A DNA stretch of 64,000 nucleotides from contig JABVCE010000033.1 of the NCBI GenBank assembly GCA_014905635.1, positions 1 to 64,000 on the forward strand. Reading direction: 5' to 3'. Made by a program: the position numbers and the translations under genes. This document shows positions 1 through 11,042 of the stretch, piece by piece. Below the pieces are notes generated by a model. That model was given only the letters and a program-made list of their open reading frames with translations. It was not told the origin of the DNA and did no database searches. This DNA is from Scenedesmus sp. PABB004 (Eukaryota). Position 1 is the first letter of the stretch. The number at the start of each line of letters is the position of its first letter.

Positions 1-3000
1 TGCGCCGTTTCCCCTGCCCCCGCCCCTGCGGAGCGGAGGTGCGCGGCTCCAACAGGCTGCCCGGCCACGGGGCTGCGCCGCCGAGGTCGGCGCCGGCGGG
101 CCGCGCCGCGCCGCGGGCCGCGCGGCCGCCCGCGCGCGCGCCGCTCGCCGGCGCCGCGGCGCGGCGATGCCGTGCGCCGTTTCCCCTGCCCCCGCCGCCC
201 TGCGGAGCGGAGGTGCGCGGCTCCAACAGGCTGCCCGGCCACGGGCTGCGCCGCCGAGGTGCGCCCGGCGCGGCCCGCGCCGCGCCGCGGGCCGCGCGCC
301 GCGCCCGGCGCGCGCCGCTCGCCGGCGCCGCGGCGCGGCGATGCCGTGCGCCGTTTCCCCTGCCCCGCCGCCCCTGCGGAGCGGAGGTGCGCGGCTCCAA
401 CAGGCTGCCCGGCCACGGGCTGCGCCCGCCGAGGTGCGCCGCCGGGCCGCGCCGCGCCGCGGGCGCCGCGCGCCGCTGCGCGCGCGCCGCTCGCCGGCGC
501 CGCGGCGCGGCGATGCCGTGCGCCGTTTCCCCTGCCCCGCCGCCCCTGCGGAGCGGAGGTGCGCGGCTCCAACAGGCTGCCCGGCCACGGGCTGCGCGCC
601 GAGGTCGCGCCGCCGGCGGCCGCGCCGCGCCGCGGGCCGCGCGCCCGCACCGCGCCGCGCCGCTCGCCGGCGCCGCGGCGCGGCGCTGCCGTGCGCCGTT
701 TCCCCTGCCCCCGCCGCCCCTGCGGAGCGGAGGTGCGCGGCTCCAACAGGCTGCCCGGCCACGGGCTGCGCCGCCGAGGTGCGCCGCGCGCCGGCGCGCC
801 GCGCCGCGGGCCGCGCGCCGCCCGCGCGCGCGCCGCTCGCCGGCGCCGCGGCGCGGCGATGCCGTGCGCCGTTTCCCCTGCCCCGCCGCCCCTGCGGAGC
901 GGAGGTGCGCGGCTCCAACAGGCTGCCCGGCCACGGGGCTGCGCCGCCGAGGTGCGCCGCCGGCGGCCGCGCCGCGCCGCGGGCCGCGCGCCGCCCGCGC
1001 GCGCGCCGCTCGCCGGCGCCGCGGCGCGGCGATGGCCGTGCGCCGTTTCCCCTGCCCCGCCGCCCCTGCGGAGCGGAGGGTGCGCGGCTCCAACAGGCTG
1101 CCCGGCCACGGGCTGCGCCGCCGAGGTGGCCGCCGGCGGCCGCGCCGCGCCGCGGGCCGCGCGCCGCCCGCGGCGCGCGCCGCTCGCCGGCGCCGCGGCG
1201 CGCGATGCCGTGCGCCGTTTCCCCTGCCCCGCCGCCCCTGCGGAGCGGAGGTGCGCCGGCTCCAACAGGCTGCCCGGCCACGGGCTGCGCGCCGAGCGGT
1301 GCGCCGCCGGCGCCGCGCCGCGCCGCGGCCGCGCGCCGCCCCGCTGCGCGCGCCCGCTCGCCGGCGCCGCGGCGCGGCGATGCCGTGCGCCGTTTCCCCT
1401 GCCCCGCCGCCCCTGCGGAGCGGAGGTGCGCGGCTCCAACAGGCTGCCCGGCCACGGGCTGCGCCGCCGAGGTGCGCCGCCGGCGGCCGCGCCGCGCCGC
1501 GGGCCGCGCGCCGCCGCGCGCGCGCGCCGCTCGCCGGCGCCGCGGCGCGGCGATGCCGTGCGCCGTTTCCCCTGCCCCGCCGCCCCTGCGGAGCGGAGGT
1601 GCGCGGCTCCAACAGGCTGCCCGGCCACGGGCTGCGCCGCCGAGGTGCGCCGCCGGCGGCCGCGCCGCGCCGCGGGCCGCGCGCCGCCCGCGCGCGCGCC
1701 GCTCGCCGGCGCCGCGGCGCGGCGATGCCGTGCGCCGTTTCCCCTGCCCCGCCGCCCCTGCGGAGCGGAGGTGCGCGGCTCCAACAGGCTGCCCGGCCAC
1801 GGGCTGCGCCGCCGAGGTCGCCGCCGGCGGCCGCGCCGCGCCGCGGGCCGCGCGCCGCCCGCGCGCGCGCCGCTCGCCGGCGCCGCGGCGCGGCGATGCC
1901 GTGCGCCGTTTCCCCTGCCCCGCCGCCCCTGCGGAGCGGAGGTGCGCGGCTCCAACAGGCTGCCCGCCACGGGCTGCGCCGCCGAGGTCGGCCGCCGGCG
2001 GCCGCGCCGCGCCGCGGGCCGCGCGCCGCCGCCGCGCGCGCCGCTCGCCGGCGCCGCGGCGCGGCGCATGCCGTGCGCCGTTTCCCCTGCCCCGCCGCCC
2101 CTGCGGAGCGGAGGTGCGCGGCTCCAACAGGCTGCCCGGCCACGGGCTGCGCCGCCGAGGTGCGCCGCCGGCGGCCGCGCCGCGCCGCGGGCCGCGCGCC
2201 GCCCGCGCGCGCGCCGCTCGCCGGCGCCGCGGCGCGGCGATGCCGTGCGCCGTTTCCCCTGCCCCGCCGCCCCTGCGGAGCGGAGGTGCGCGGCTCCAAC
2301 AGGCTGCCCGGCCACGGGCTGCGCCGCCGAGGTGCGCCGCCGGCGGCCGCGCCGCGCCGCGGGCCGCGCGCCGCCCGCGCGCGCGCCGCTCGCCGGCGCC
2401 GCGGCGCGGCGATGCCGTGCGCCGTTTCCCCTGCCCCGCCGCCCCTGCGGAGCGGAGGTGCGCGGCTCCAACAGGCTGCCCGGCCACGGGCTGCGCCGCC
2501 GAGGTCGGCCGCCGGCGGCCGCGCCGCGCCGCGGGCCGCGCGCCGCCCGCGCGCGCGCCGCTCGCCGGCGCCGCGGCGCGGCGATGCCGTGCGCCGTTTC
2601 CCCTGCCCCGCCGCCCCTGCGGAGCGGAGGTGCGCGGCTCCAACAGGCTGCCCGGCCACGGGCTGCGCCGCCGAGGTGCGCCGCCGGCGGCCGCGCCGCG
2701 CCGCGGGCCGCGCGCCGCCCGCGCGCGCGCGCGCTCGCGCGCCGCGGCGCGGCGATGCCGTGCGCCGTTTCCCCTGCCCCGCCGCCCCTGCGGAGCGGAG
2801 GTGCGCGGCTCCAACAGGCTGCCCGGCCACGGGCTGCGCCGCCGAGGTGCGCCGCCGGCGGCCGCGCCGCGCCGCGGGCCGCGCGCCGCCCGCGCGCGCG
2901 CCGCTCGCCGGCGCCGCGGCGCGGCGATGCCGTGCGCCGTTTCCCCTGCCCCGCCGCCCCTGCGGAGCGGAGGTGCGCGGCTCCAACAGGCTGCCCGGCC

Positions 3001-6000
3001 ACGGGCTGCGCCGCCGAGGTGCGCCGCCGGCGGCCGCGCCGCGCCGCGGGCCGCGCGCCGCCCGCGCGCGCGCCGCTCGCCGGCGCCGCGGCGCGGCGAT
3101 GCCGTGCGCCGTTTCCCCTGCCCCGCCGCCCCTGCGGAGCGGAGGTGCGCGGCTCCAACAGGCTGCCCGGCCACGGGCTGCGCCGCCGAGGTGCGCCGCC
3201 GGCGGCCGCGCCGCGCCGCGGGCCGCGCGCCGCCGCGCGCGCGCCGCTCGCCGGCGCCGCGGCGCGGCGATGCCGTGCGCCGTTTCCCCTGCCCCGCCGC
3301 CCCTGCGGAGCGGAGGTGCGCGGCTCCAACAGGCTGCCCGGCCACGGGCTGCGCCGCCGAGGTGCGCCGCCGGCGGCCGCGCCGCGCCGCGGGCCGCGCG
3401 CCGCCCGCGCGCGCGCCGCTCGCCGGCGCCGCGGCGCGGCGATGCCGTGCGCCGTTTCCCCTGCCCCGCCGCCCCTGCGGAGCGGAGGTGCGCGGCTCCA
3501 ACAGGCTGCCCGGCCACGGGCTGCGCCGCCGAGGTGCGCCGCCGGCGGCCGCGCCGCGCCGCGGGCCGCGCGCCGCCCGCGCGCGCGCCGCTCGCCGGCG
3601 CCGCGGCGCGGCGATGCCGTGCGCCGTTTCCCCTGCCCCGCCGCCCCTGCGGAGCGGAGGTGCGCGGCTCCAACAGGCTGCCCGGCCACGGGCTGCGCCG
3701 CCGAGGTGCGCCGCCGGCGGCCGCGCCGCGCCGCGGGCCGCGCGCCGCCCGCCGCGCGGCGCGCTCGCCGGCGCCGCGCCGGCGCGGCGATGCCGTGCGC
3801 CGTTTCCCCTGCCCCGCCGCCCCTGCGGAGCGGAGGTGCGCGGCTCCAACAGGCTGCCCGGCCACGGGCTGCGCCGCCGAGGTGCGCCGCCGGCGGCCGC
3901 GCCGCGCCGCGGGCGCGCGCCGCCCCGCGCGCGCCGCTCGCCGGCGCCGCGGCGCGGCGATGCCGTGCGCCGTTTCCCCTGCCCGCCGCCCCTGCGGAGC
4001 GGAGGTGCGCGGCTCCAACAGGCTGCCCGGCCACGGGCTGCGCCGCCGAGGTGCGCCGCCGGCGGCCGCGCCGCGCCGCGGGCCGCGCGCCGCCCGCGCG
4101 CGCGCCGCTCGCCGGCGCCGCGGCGCGGCGATGCCGTGCGCCGTTTCCCCTGCCCCGCCGCCCCTGCGGAGCGGAGGTGCGCGGCTCCAACAGGCTGCCC
4201 GGCCACGGGCTGCGCCGCCGAGGTGCGCCGCCGGCGGCCGCGCCGCGCCGCGGGCCGCGCGCCGCCCGCGCGCGCGCCGCTCGCCGGCGCCGCGGCGCGG
4301 CGATGCCGTGCGCCGTTTCCCCTGCCCCGCCGCCCCTGCGGAGCGGAGGTGCGCGGCTCCAACAGGCTGCCCGGCCACGGGCTGCGCCGCCGAGGTGCGC
4401 CGCCGGCGGCCGCGCCGCGCCGCGGGCCGCGCGCCGCCCGCGCGCGCGCCGCTCGCCGGCGCCGCGGCGCGGCGATGCCGTGCGCCGTTTCCCCTGCCCC
4501 GCCGCCCCTGCGGAGCGGAGGTGCGCGGCTCCAACAGGCTGCCCGGCCACGGGCTGCGCGCCGAGGTGCGCCGCCGGCGGCCGCGCCGCGCCGCGGGCCG
4601 CGCGCCGCCCGCGCGCGCGCCGCTCGCCGGCGCCGCGGCGCGGCGATGCCGTGCGCCGTTTCCCCTGCCCCGCCGCCCCTGCGGAGCGGAGGTGCGCGGC
4701 TCCAACAGGCTGCCCGGCCACGGGCTGCGCCGCCGAGGTGCGCCGCCGGCGGCCGCGCCGCGCCGCGGGCCGCGCGCCGCCGCGCGCGCGCCGCTCGCCG
4801 GCGCCGCGGCGCGGCGATGCCGTGCGCCGTTTCCCCTGCCCCGCCGCCCCTGCGGAGCGGAGGTGCGCGGCTCCAACAGGCTGCCCGGCCACGGGCTGCG
4901 CCGCCGAGGTGCGCCGCCGGCGGCCGCGCCGCGCCGCGGGCCGCGCGCCGCCCGCGCGCGCGCCGCTCGCCGGCGCCGCGGCGCGGCGATGCCGTGCGCC
5001 GTTTCCCCTGCCCCGCCGCCCCTGCGGAGCGGAGGTGCGCGGCTCCAACAGGCTGCCCGGCCACGGGCTGCGCCGCCGAGGTGCGCCGCCGGCGGCCGCG
5101 CCGCGCCGCGGGCCGCGCGCCGCCCGCGCGCGCGCCGCTCGCCGGCGCCGCGGCGCGGCGATGCCGTGCGCCGTTTCCCCTGCCCCGCCGCCCCTGCGGA
5201 GCGGAGGTGCGCGGCTCCAACAGGCTGCCCGGCCACGGGCTGCGCCGCCGAGGTGGCCGCCGGCGGCCGCGCCGCGCCGCGGGCCGCGCGCCGCCCGCGC
5301 GCGCGCCGCTCGCCGGCGCCGCGGCGCGGCGATGCCGTGCGCCGTTTCCCCTGCCCCGCCGCCCCTGCGGAGCGGAGGTGCGCGGCTCCAACAGGCTGCC
5401 CGGCCACGGGCTGCGCCGCCGAGGTGCGCCGCCGGCGGCCGCGCCGCGCCGCGGGCCGCGCGCCGCCCGCGCGCGCGCCGCTCGCCGGCGCCGCGGCGCG
5501 GCGATGCCGTGCGCCGTTTCCCCTGCCCCGCCGCCCCTGCGGAGCGGAGGTGCGCGGCTCCAACAGGCTGCCCGGCCACGGGCTGCGCCGCCGAGGTGCG
5601 CCGCCGGCGGCCGCGCCGCGCCGCGGGCCGCGCGCCGCCCGCGCGCGCGCCGCTCGCCGGCGCCGCGGCGCGGCGATGCCGTGCGCCGTTTCCCCTGCCC
5701 CGCCGCCCCTGCGGAGCGGAGGTGCGCGGCTCCAACAGGCTGCCCGGCCACGGGCTGCGCCGCCGAGGTGCGCCGCCGCGCCGCGCCGCGCCGCGGCCGC
5801 GCGCCGCCCGCGCGCGCGCCGCTCGCCGGCGCCGCGGCGCGGCGATGCCGTGCGCCGTTTCCCCTGCCCCGCCGCCCCTGCGGAGCGGAGGTGCGCGGCT
5901 CCAACAGGCTGCCCGGCCACGGGCTGCGCCGCCGAGGTGCGCCGCCGGCGGCCGCGCCGCGCCGCGGGCCGCGCGCCGCCCGCGCGCGCGCCGCTCGCCG

Positions 6001-6261
6001 GCGCCGCGGCGCGGCGATGCCGTGCGCCGTTTCCCCTGCCCCGCCGCCCCTGCGGAGCGGAGGTGCGCGGCTCCAACAGGCTGCCCGGCCACGGGCTGCG
6101 CCGCCGAGGTGCGCCGCCGGCGGCCGCGCCGCGCCGCGGGCCGCGCGCCGCCCGCGCGCGCGCCGCTCGCCGGCGCCGCGGCGCGGCGATGCCGTGCGCC
6201 GTTTCCCCTGCCCCGCCGCCCCTGCGGAGCGGAGGTGCGCGGCTCCGACAGGCTGCCCGGC
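1..6261. repeat. 172-bp GC-rich tandem satellite, block 1 (~36 copies, runs off the window start)
   Basis: The marker CTCCAACAGG recurs every 172 nt (e.g. 2981/3153, 4871/5043). A consensus unit has 21 A/T in 172 nt (~88% GC). The first ~1.5 kb of copies carry more indels. Confidence 0.98.
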
Positions 6262-7023
6262 GGCGGCGCAGCGCGGCGGCTAGCTGCAGGGGCCGGGGGG
6301 GTCCGCGGCCGGGCTTGCTGCGACCCCGGCTGGCTGCGTGTCGCGCCTCTTCTGCAGCGTGCAAGGTTTTTTTTTTTTTTTAGCGTGCAAGGTTGGGCGG
6401 TGTCCGCCCGTGCCGCGGGGCTGGTGTCTGCGTGTTGGTCGTCGCGCGGCGAGGGGGCTGCTGCCGATGGGGCCGGCCCCTGGCGCCGCCGGCGTGTTTG
6501 GCGGCTGCACGCGCTCCGTGCGCGCGGTTTGGCGTGCTGCCTGCCGGTGGGGGCGGCTTTCTCATCGGTGCGCGGCTTTCTCAGGGGTTTTTGCAGCAAA
6601 GCCAACTGTTGCCCCCTGGTGTGTGCGTGTGTCGTCGCGCGGCGCGGGGGCTGATGCCGCTGAGGCCGGCCCCTGCCGCCGCCAGCGTGGATGGCGTTTG
6701 CGCGTGATCTCTGCGCGGAGGCTTGGGGCCGGTGCACCTCGCTGCACCGATGCCCGGTGCGGCTCGCCGCACCGGAAGGGGGGTGTGCGGCCTGATCTGC
6801 TGCTGCCCCTTTGATTGCGGGGCATCACCTGGTCTCCTTGGGCGCCCGTTGGGCGTTGGCCTCTGGCTGTGCCGTTGGGTGATGTGTGTGCCCCCTCTCG
6901 GGGGGCGCCGGGGCGCGGTTTTTCACGAGGGGTTGCTGCGCTCTTCCCGTTGGAGCTTTTTTCAGTGGGCTGCCCCTGGGCCTCGGTCCTTGTCTGGTCA
7001 CTCATTGTAACAAAAAAAAAAAA
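6262..7023 (+). mobile_element. Non-coding poly(A)-tailed retroposon (SINE-like or 5'-truncated LINE 3' end), copy 1
   Basis: Ends in TGTAA (7006-7010) + C + poly(A). Flanked by the 14-bp duplication ACAGGCTGCCCGGC (6248-6261 and 7024-7037) derived from the satellite unit. Has an internal diverged ~95-bp direct repeat (6421.. vs 6616..). Confidence 0.85.
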
Positions 7024-8238
7024 ACAGGCTGCCCGGCCACGGGCTGCGCCGCCGAGGTGCGCCGCCGGCGGCCGCGCCGCGCCGCGGGCCGCGCGCCGCC
7101 CGCGCGCGCGCCGCTCGCCGGCGCCGCGGCGCGGCGATGCCGTGCGCCGTTTCCCCTGCCCCGCCGCCCCTGCGGAGCGGAGGTGCGCGGCTCCAACAGG
7201 CTGCCCGGCCACGGGCTGCGCCGCCGAGGTGCGCCGCCGGCGGCCGCGCCGCGCCGCGGGCCGCGCGCCGCCCGCGCGCGCGCCGCTCGCCGGCGCCGCG
7301 GCGCGGCGATGCCGTGCGCCGTTTCCCCTGCCCCGCCGCCCCTGCGGAGCGGAGGTGCGCGGCTCCGACAGGCTGCCCGGCCACGGGCTGCGCCGCCGAG
7401 GTGCGCCGCCGGCGGCCGCGCCGCGCCGCGGGCCGCGCGCCGCCCGCGCGCGCGCCGCTCGCCGGCGCCGCGGCGCGGCGATGCCGTGCGCCGTTTCCCC
7501 TGCCCCGCCGCCCCTGCGGAGCGGAGGTGCGCGGCTCCAACAGGCTGCCCGGCCACGGGCTGCGCCGCCGAGGTGCGCCGCCGGCGGCCGCGCCGCGCCG
7601 CGGGCCGCGCGCCGCCGCGCGCGCGCCGCTCGCCGGCGCCGCGGCGCGGCGATGCCGTGCGCCGTATCCCTGCCCCGCCGCCCCGCGGAGCGGAGGTGCG
7701 CGGCTCCAACAGGCTGCCCGGCCACGGGCTGCGCCGCCGAGGTGCGCCGCCGGCGGCCGCGCCGCGCCGCGGCCGCGCGCCGCCCGCGCGCGCGCGCCGC
7801 TCGCCGGCGCCGCGGCGCGGCGATGCCGTGCGCCGTTTCCCCTGCCCCGCCGCCCCTGCGGAGCGGAGGTGCGCGGCTCCAACAGGCTGCCCGGCCACGG
7901 GCTGCGCCGCCGAGGTGCGCCGCCGGCGGCCGCGCCGCGCCGCGGGCCGCGCGCCGCCCGCGCGCGCGCCGCTCGCCGGCGCCGCGGCGCGGCGATGCCG
8001 TGCGCCGTTTCCCCTGCCCCGCCGCCCCTGCGGAGCGGAGGTGCGCGGCTCCAACAGGCTGCCCGGCCACGGGCTGCGCCGCCGAGGTGCGCCGCCGGCG
8101 GCCGCGCCGCGCCGCGGGCCGCGCGCCGCCCGCGCGCGCGCCGCTCGCCGGCGCCGCGGCGCGGCGATGCCGTGCGCCGTTTCCCCTGCCCCGCCGCCCC
8201 TGCGGAGCGGAGGTGCGCGGCTCCGACAGGCTGCCCGC
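7024..8238. repeat. 172-bp satellite, block 2 (~7 copies)
   Basis: Same unit as block 1. Contains CTCCGAC variant units at ~7363 and ~8221. Confidence 0.97.
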
Positions 8239-9000
8239 GGCGGCGCAGCGCGGCGGCTAGCTGCAGGGGCCGGGGGGGTCCGCGGCCGGGCTTGCTGCGA
8301 CCCCGGCTGGCTGCGTGTCGCGCCTCTTCTGCAGCGTGCAAGGTTTTTTTTTTTTTTAGCGTGCAAGGTTGGGCGGTGTCCGCCCGTGCCGCGGGGCTGG
8401 TGTCTGCGTGTTGGTCGTCGCGCGGCGAGGGGGCTGCTGCCGATGGGGCCGGCCCCTGGCGCCGCCGGCGTGTTTGGCGGCTGCACGCGCTCCGTGCGCG
8501 GCGGTTTGGCGTGCTGCCTGCCCGGTGGGGCGGCTTTCTCATCGGTGCGCGGCTTTCTCAGGGGTTTTTGCAGCAAAGCCAACTGTTGCCCCCTGGTGTG
8601 TGCGTGTGTCGTCGCGCGGCGCGGGGGCTGATGCCGCTGAGGCCGGCCCCTGCCGCCGCCAGCGTGGATGGCGTTTGCGCGTGATCTCTGCGCGGAGGCT
8701 TGGGGCCGGTGCACCTCGCTGCACCGATGCCCGGTGCGGCTCGCCGCACCGGAAGGGGGGTGTGCGGCCTGATCTGCTGCTGCCCCTTTGATTGCGGGGC
8801 ATCACCTGGTCTCCTTGGGCGCCCGTTGGGCGTTGGCCTCTGGCTGTGCCGTTGGGTGATGTGTGTGCCCCCTCTCGGGGGGCGCCGGGGCGCGGTTTTT
8901 CACGAGGGGTTGCTGCGCTCTTCCCGTTGGAGCTTTTTTCAGTGGGCTGCCCCTGGGCCTCGGTCCTTGTCTGGTCACTCATTGTAACAAAAAAAAAAAA
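8239..9000 (+). mobile_element. Retroposon copy 2, near-identical to copy 1
   Basis: Same sequence and same junctions in the satellite unit, offset by 1977 nt (TGTAA at 8983 vs 7006). Confidence 0.85.
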
Positions 9001-10433
9001 ACAGGCTGCCCGGCCACGGGCTGCGCCGCCGAGGTGCGCCGCCGGCGGCCGCGCCGCGCCGCGGGCCGCGCGCCGCCGCGCGCGCGCGCCGCTCGCCGCC
9101 GCCGCGGCGGCGATGCCGTGCGCCGTTTCCCTGCCCCGCCGCCCCTGCGGAGCGGAGGTGCGCGGCTCCAACAGGCTGCCCGGCCACGGGCTGCGCCGCC
9201 GAGGTGCGCCGCCGGCGGCCGCGCCGCGCCGCGGGCCGCGCGCCGCCCGCGCGCGCGCCGCTCGCCGGCGCCGCGGCGCGGCGATGCCGTGCGCCGTTTC
9301 CCCTGCCCCGCCGCCCCTGCGGAGCGGAGGTGCGCGGCTCCGACAGGCTGCCCGGCCACGGGCTGCGCCGCCGAGGTGCGCCGCCGGCGGCCGCGCCGCG
9401 CCGCGGGCCGCGCGCCGCCCGCGCGCGCGCCGCTCGCCGGCGCCGCGGCGCGGCGATGCCGTGCGCCGTTTCCCCTGCCCCGCCGCCCCTGCGGAGCGGA
9501 GGTGCGCGGCTCCAACAGGCTGCCCGGCCACGGGCTGCGCCGCCGAGGTGCGCCGCCGGCGGCCGCGCCGCGCCGCGGGCCGCGCGCCGCCCGCGCGCGC
9601 GCCGCTCGCCGGCGCCGCGGCGCGGCGATGCCGTGCGCCGTATCCCCTGCCCCGCCGCCCCCGCGGAGCGGAGGTGCGCGGCTCCAACAGGCTGCCCGGC
9701 CACGGGCTGCGCCGCCGAGGTGCGCCGCCGGCGGCCGCGCCGCGCCGCGGGCCGCGCGCCGCCCGCGCGCGCGCCGCTCGCCGGCGCCGCGGCGCGGCGA
9801 TGCCGTGCGCCGTATCCCCTGCCCCGCCGCCCCTGCGGAGCGGAGGTGCGCGGCTCCAACAGGCTGCCCGGCCACGGGCTGCGCCGCCGAGGTGCGCCGC
9901 CGGCGGCCGCGCCGCGCCGCGGGCCGCGCGCCGCCCGCGCGCGCGCCGCTCGCCGGCGCCGCGGCGCGGCGATGCCGTGCGCCGTATCCCCTGCCCCGCC
10001 GCCCCCGCGGAGCGGAGGTGCGCGGCTCCAACAGGCTGCCCGGCCACGGGCTGCGCCGCCGAGGTGCGCCGCCGGCGGCCGCGCCGCGCCGCGGGCCGCG
10101 CGCCGCCCGCCGGCGCCGCGGCGCGGCGATGCCGTGCGCCGTATCCCCTGCCCCGCCGCCCCCGCGGAGCGGAGGTGCGCGGCTCCAACAGGCTGCCCGG
10201 CCACGGGCTGCGCCGCCGAGGTGCGCCGCCGGCGGCCGCGCCGCGCCGCGGGCCGCGCGCCGCCCGCGCGCGCGCCGCTCGCCGGCGCCGCGGCGCGGCG
10301 ATGCCGTGCGCCGTATCCCCTGCCCCGCCGCCCCTGCGGAGCGGAGGTGCGCGGCTCCAACAGGCTGCCCGGCCACGGGCTGCGCCGCCGAGGTGCGCCG
10401 CGCGCGCTGCTCGCCGGCGCCGCGGCGCGGCGC
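9001..10433. repeat. 172-bp satellite, block 3 (~8 copies, degenerate final unit)
   Basis: Same unit. Distal copies share GTATCCCC in place of GTTTCCCC. One unit near 10110 has an internal deletion. Confidence 0.96.
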
Positions 10434-10460
10434 TGTGTCATGCCTCTTGCGCGGGGGATA

Positions 10461-10849
10461 TATTTTTATTTTTTTTTGTTACAAGGGGTGACCAGACAAG
10501 GACCGAGGCCCAGGGGCAGCCCATTGAAGCTTTTTTCCCATTGAAGCTTTTTTCAATGGGCTGCCCCTGGGCCTCGGTCCTTGTCTGGTCACCCCTTGTA
10601 ACAAAAAAAAAAACATTGAAAAAAGCTCCAATGGGAAGAGCGCAGCAACCCCTCGTGAAAAACCGCGCCCCGGCGCCCCCCGAGAGGGGGCACACACATC
10701 ACCCAACGGCAAAGCCAGAGGCCAACGCCCAACGGGCGCCCAAGGAGACCAGGTGATGCCCCGCAATCAAATGGGCGGCAGCAGATCAGGCCGCACACCC
10801 CCCTTCCGGTGCGGCGAGCCGCACCGGGCATCGGTGCAGCGAGGTGCAC
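10461..10849 (-). mobile_element. 5'-truncated antisense retroposon copy containing a nested sense copy
   Basis: Reverse complement of ~6732-7023 with a T-rich tail at 10461-10477. Flanked by (C)TTGCGCGGGGGATA at 10446-10460 and 10849-10863. A sense 3' fragment with its own poly(A) (~10546-10613) lies between two CATTGAA motifs. Confidence 0.85.
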
Positions 10850-10876
10850 TTGCGCGGGGGATAGCGGGGTGCTACT

Positions 10877-10934
10877 TGTTTTTGTTTTTGTTTTGTTACA
10901 AGGGGTGACCAGACAAGGACCGAGGCCCAGGGGC
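10877..10934 (-). mobile_element. Very short antisense retroposon 3' fragment
   Basis: A T/G tail followed by TTACAAGGGGTGACCAGACAAGGACCGAGGCCCAGGGGC. Flanked by AGCGGGGTGCTACT (10863-10876) and AGCGAGGTGCTACT (10935-10948). Confidence 0.8.
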
Positions 10935-11042
10935 AGCGAGGTGCTACTGCGGCACAGAGATTACTTGCCGGCCCGGTCCTGCCCCATCTCTGCGCCCTTG
11001 CTCGTGTGCAACCGGCGCCACCGGCAGGCAGGGCAGGCGCGG

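Noticed and set aside
39..6654. Three ORFs of more than 2000 aa in the + frames (and similar ORFs to 10.7 kb)
   Set aside because: They arise from a stop-free 172-bp (3n+1) GC-rich unit cycling through frames, and show no protein-like composition.
6550..6670. Hammerhead ribozyme (Penelope-like element hallmark) in the retroposon
   Set aside because: CTGATG and GATGAGAAA-like words are present, but I could not assemble a CUGANGA-stem-GAAA core with flanking helices.
1..10433. CRISPR array
   Set aside because: The units are fully repeated with no unique spacers, there are no cas genes, and the context is eukaryotic.
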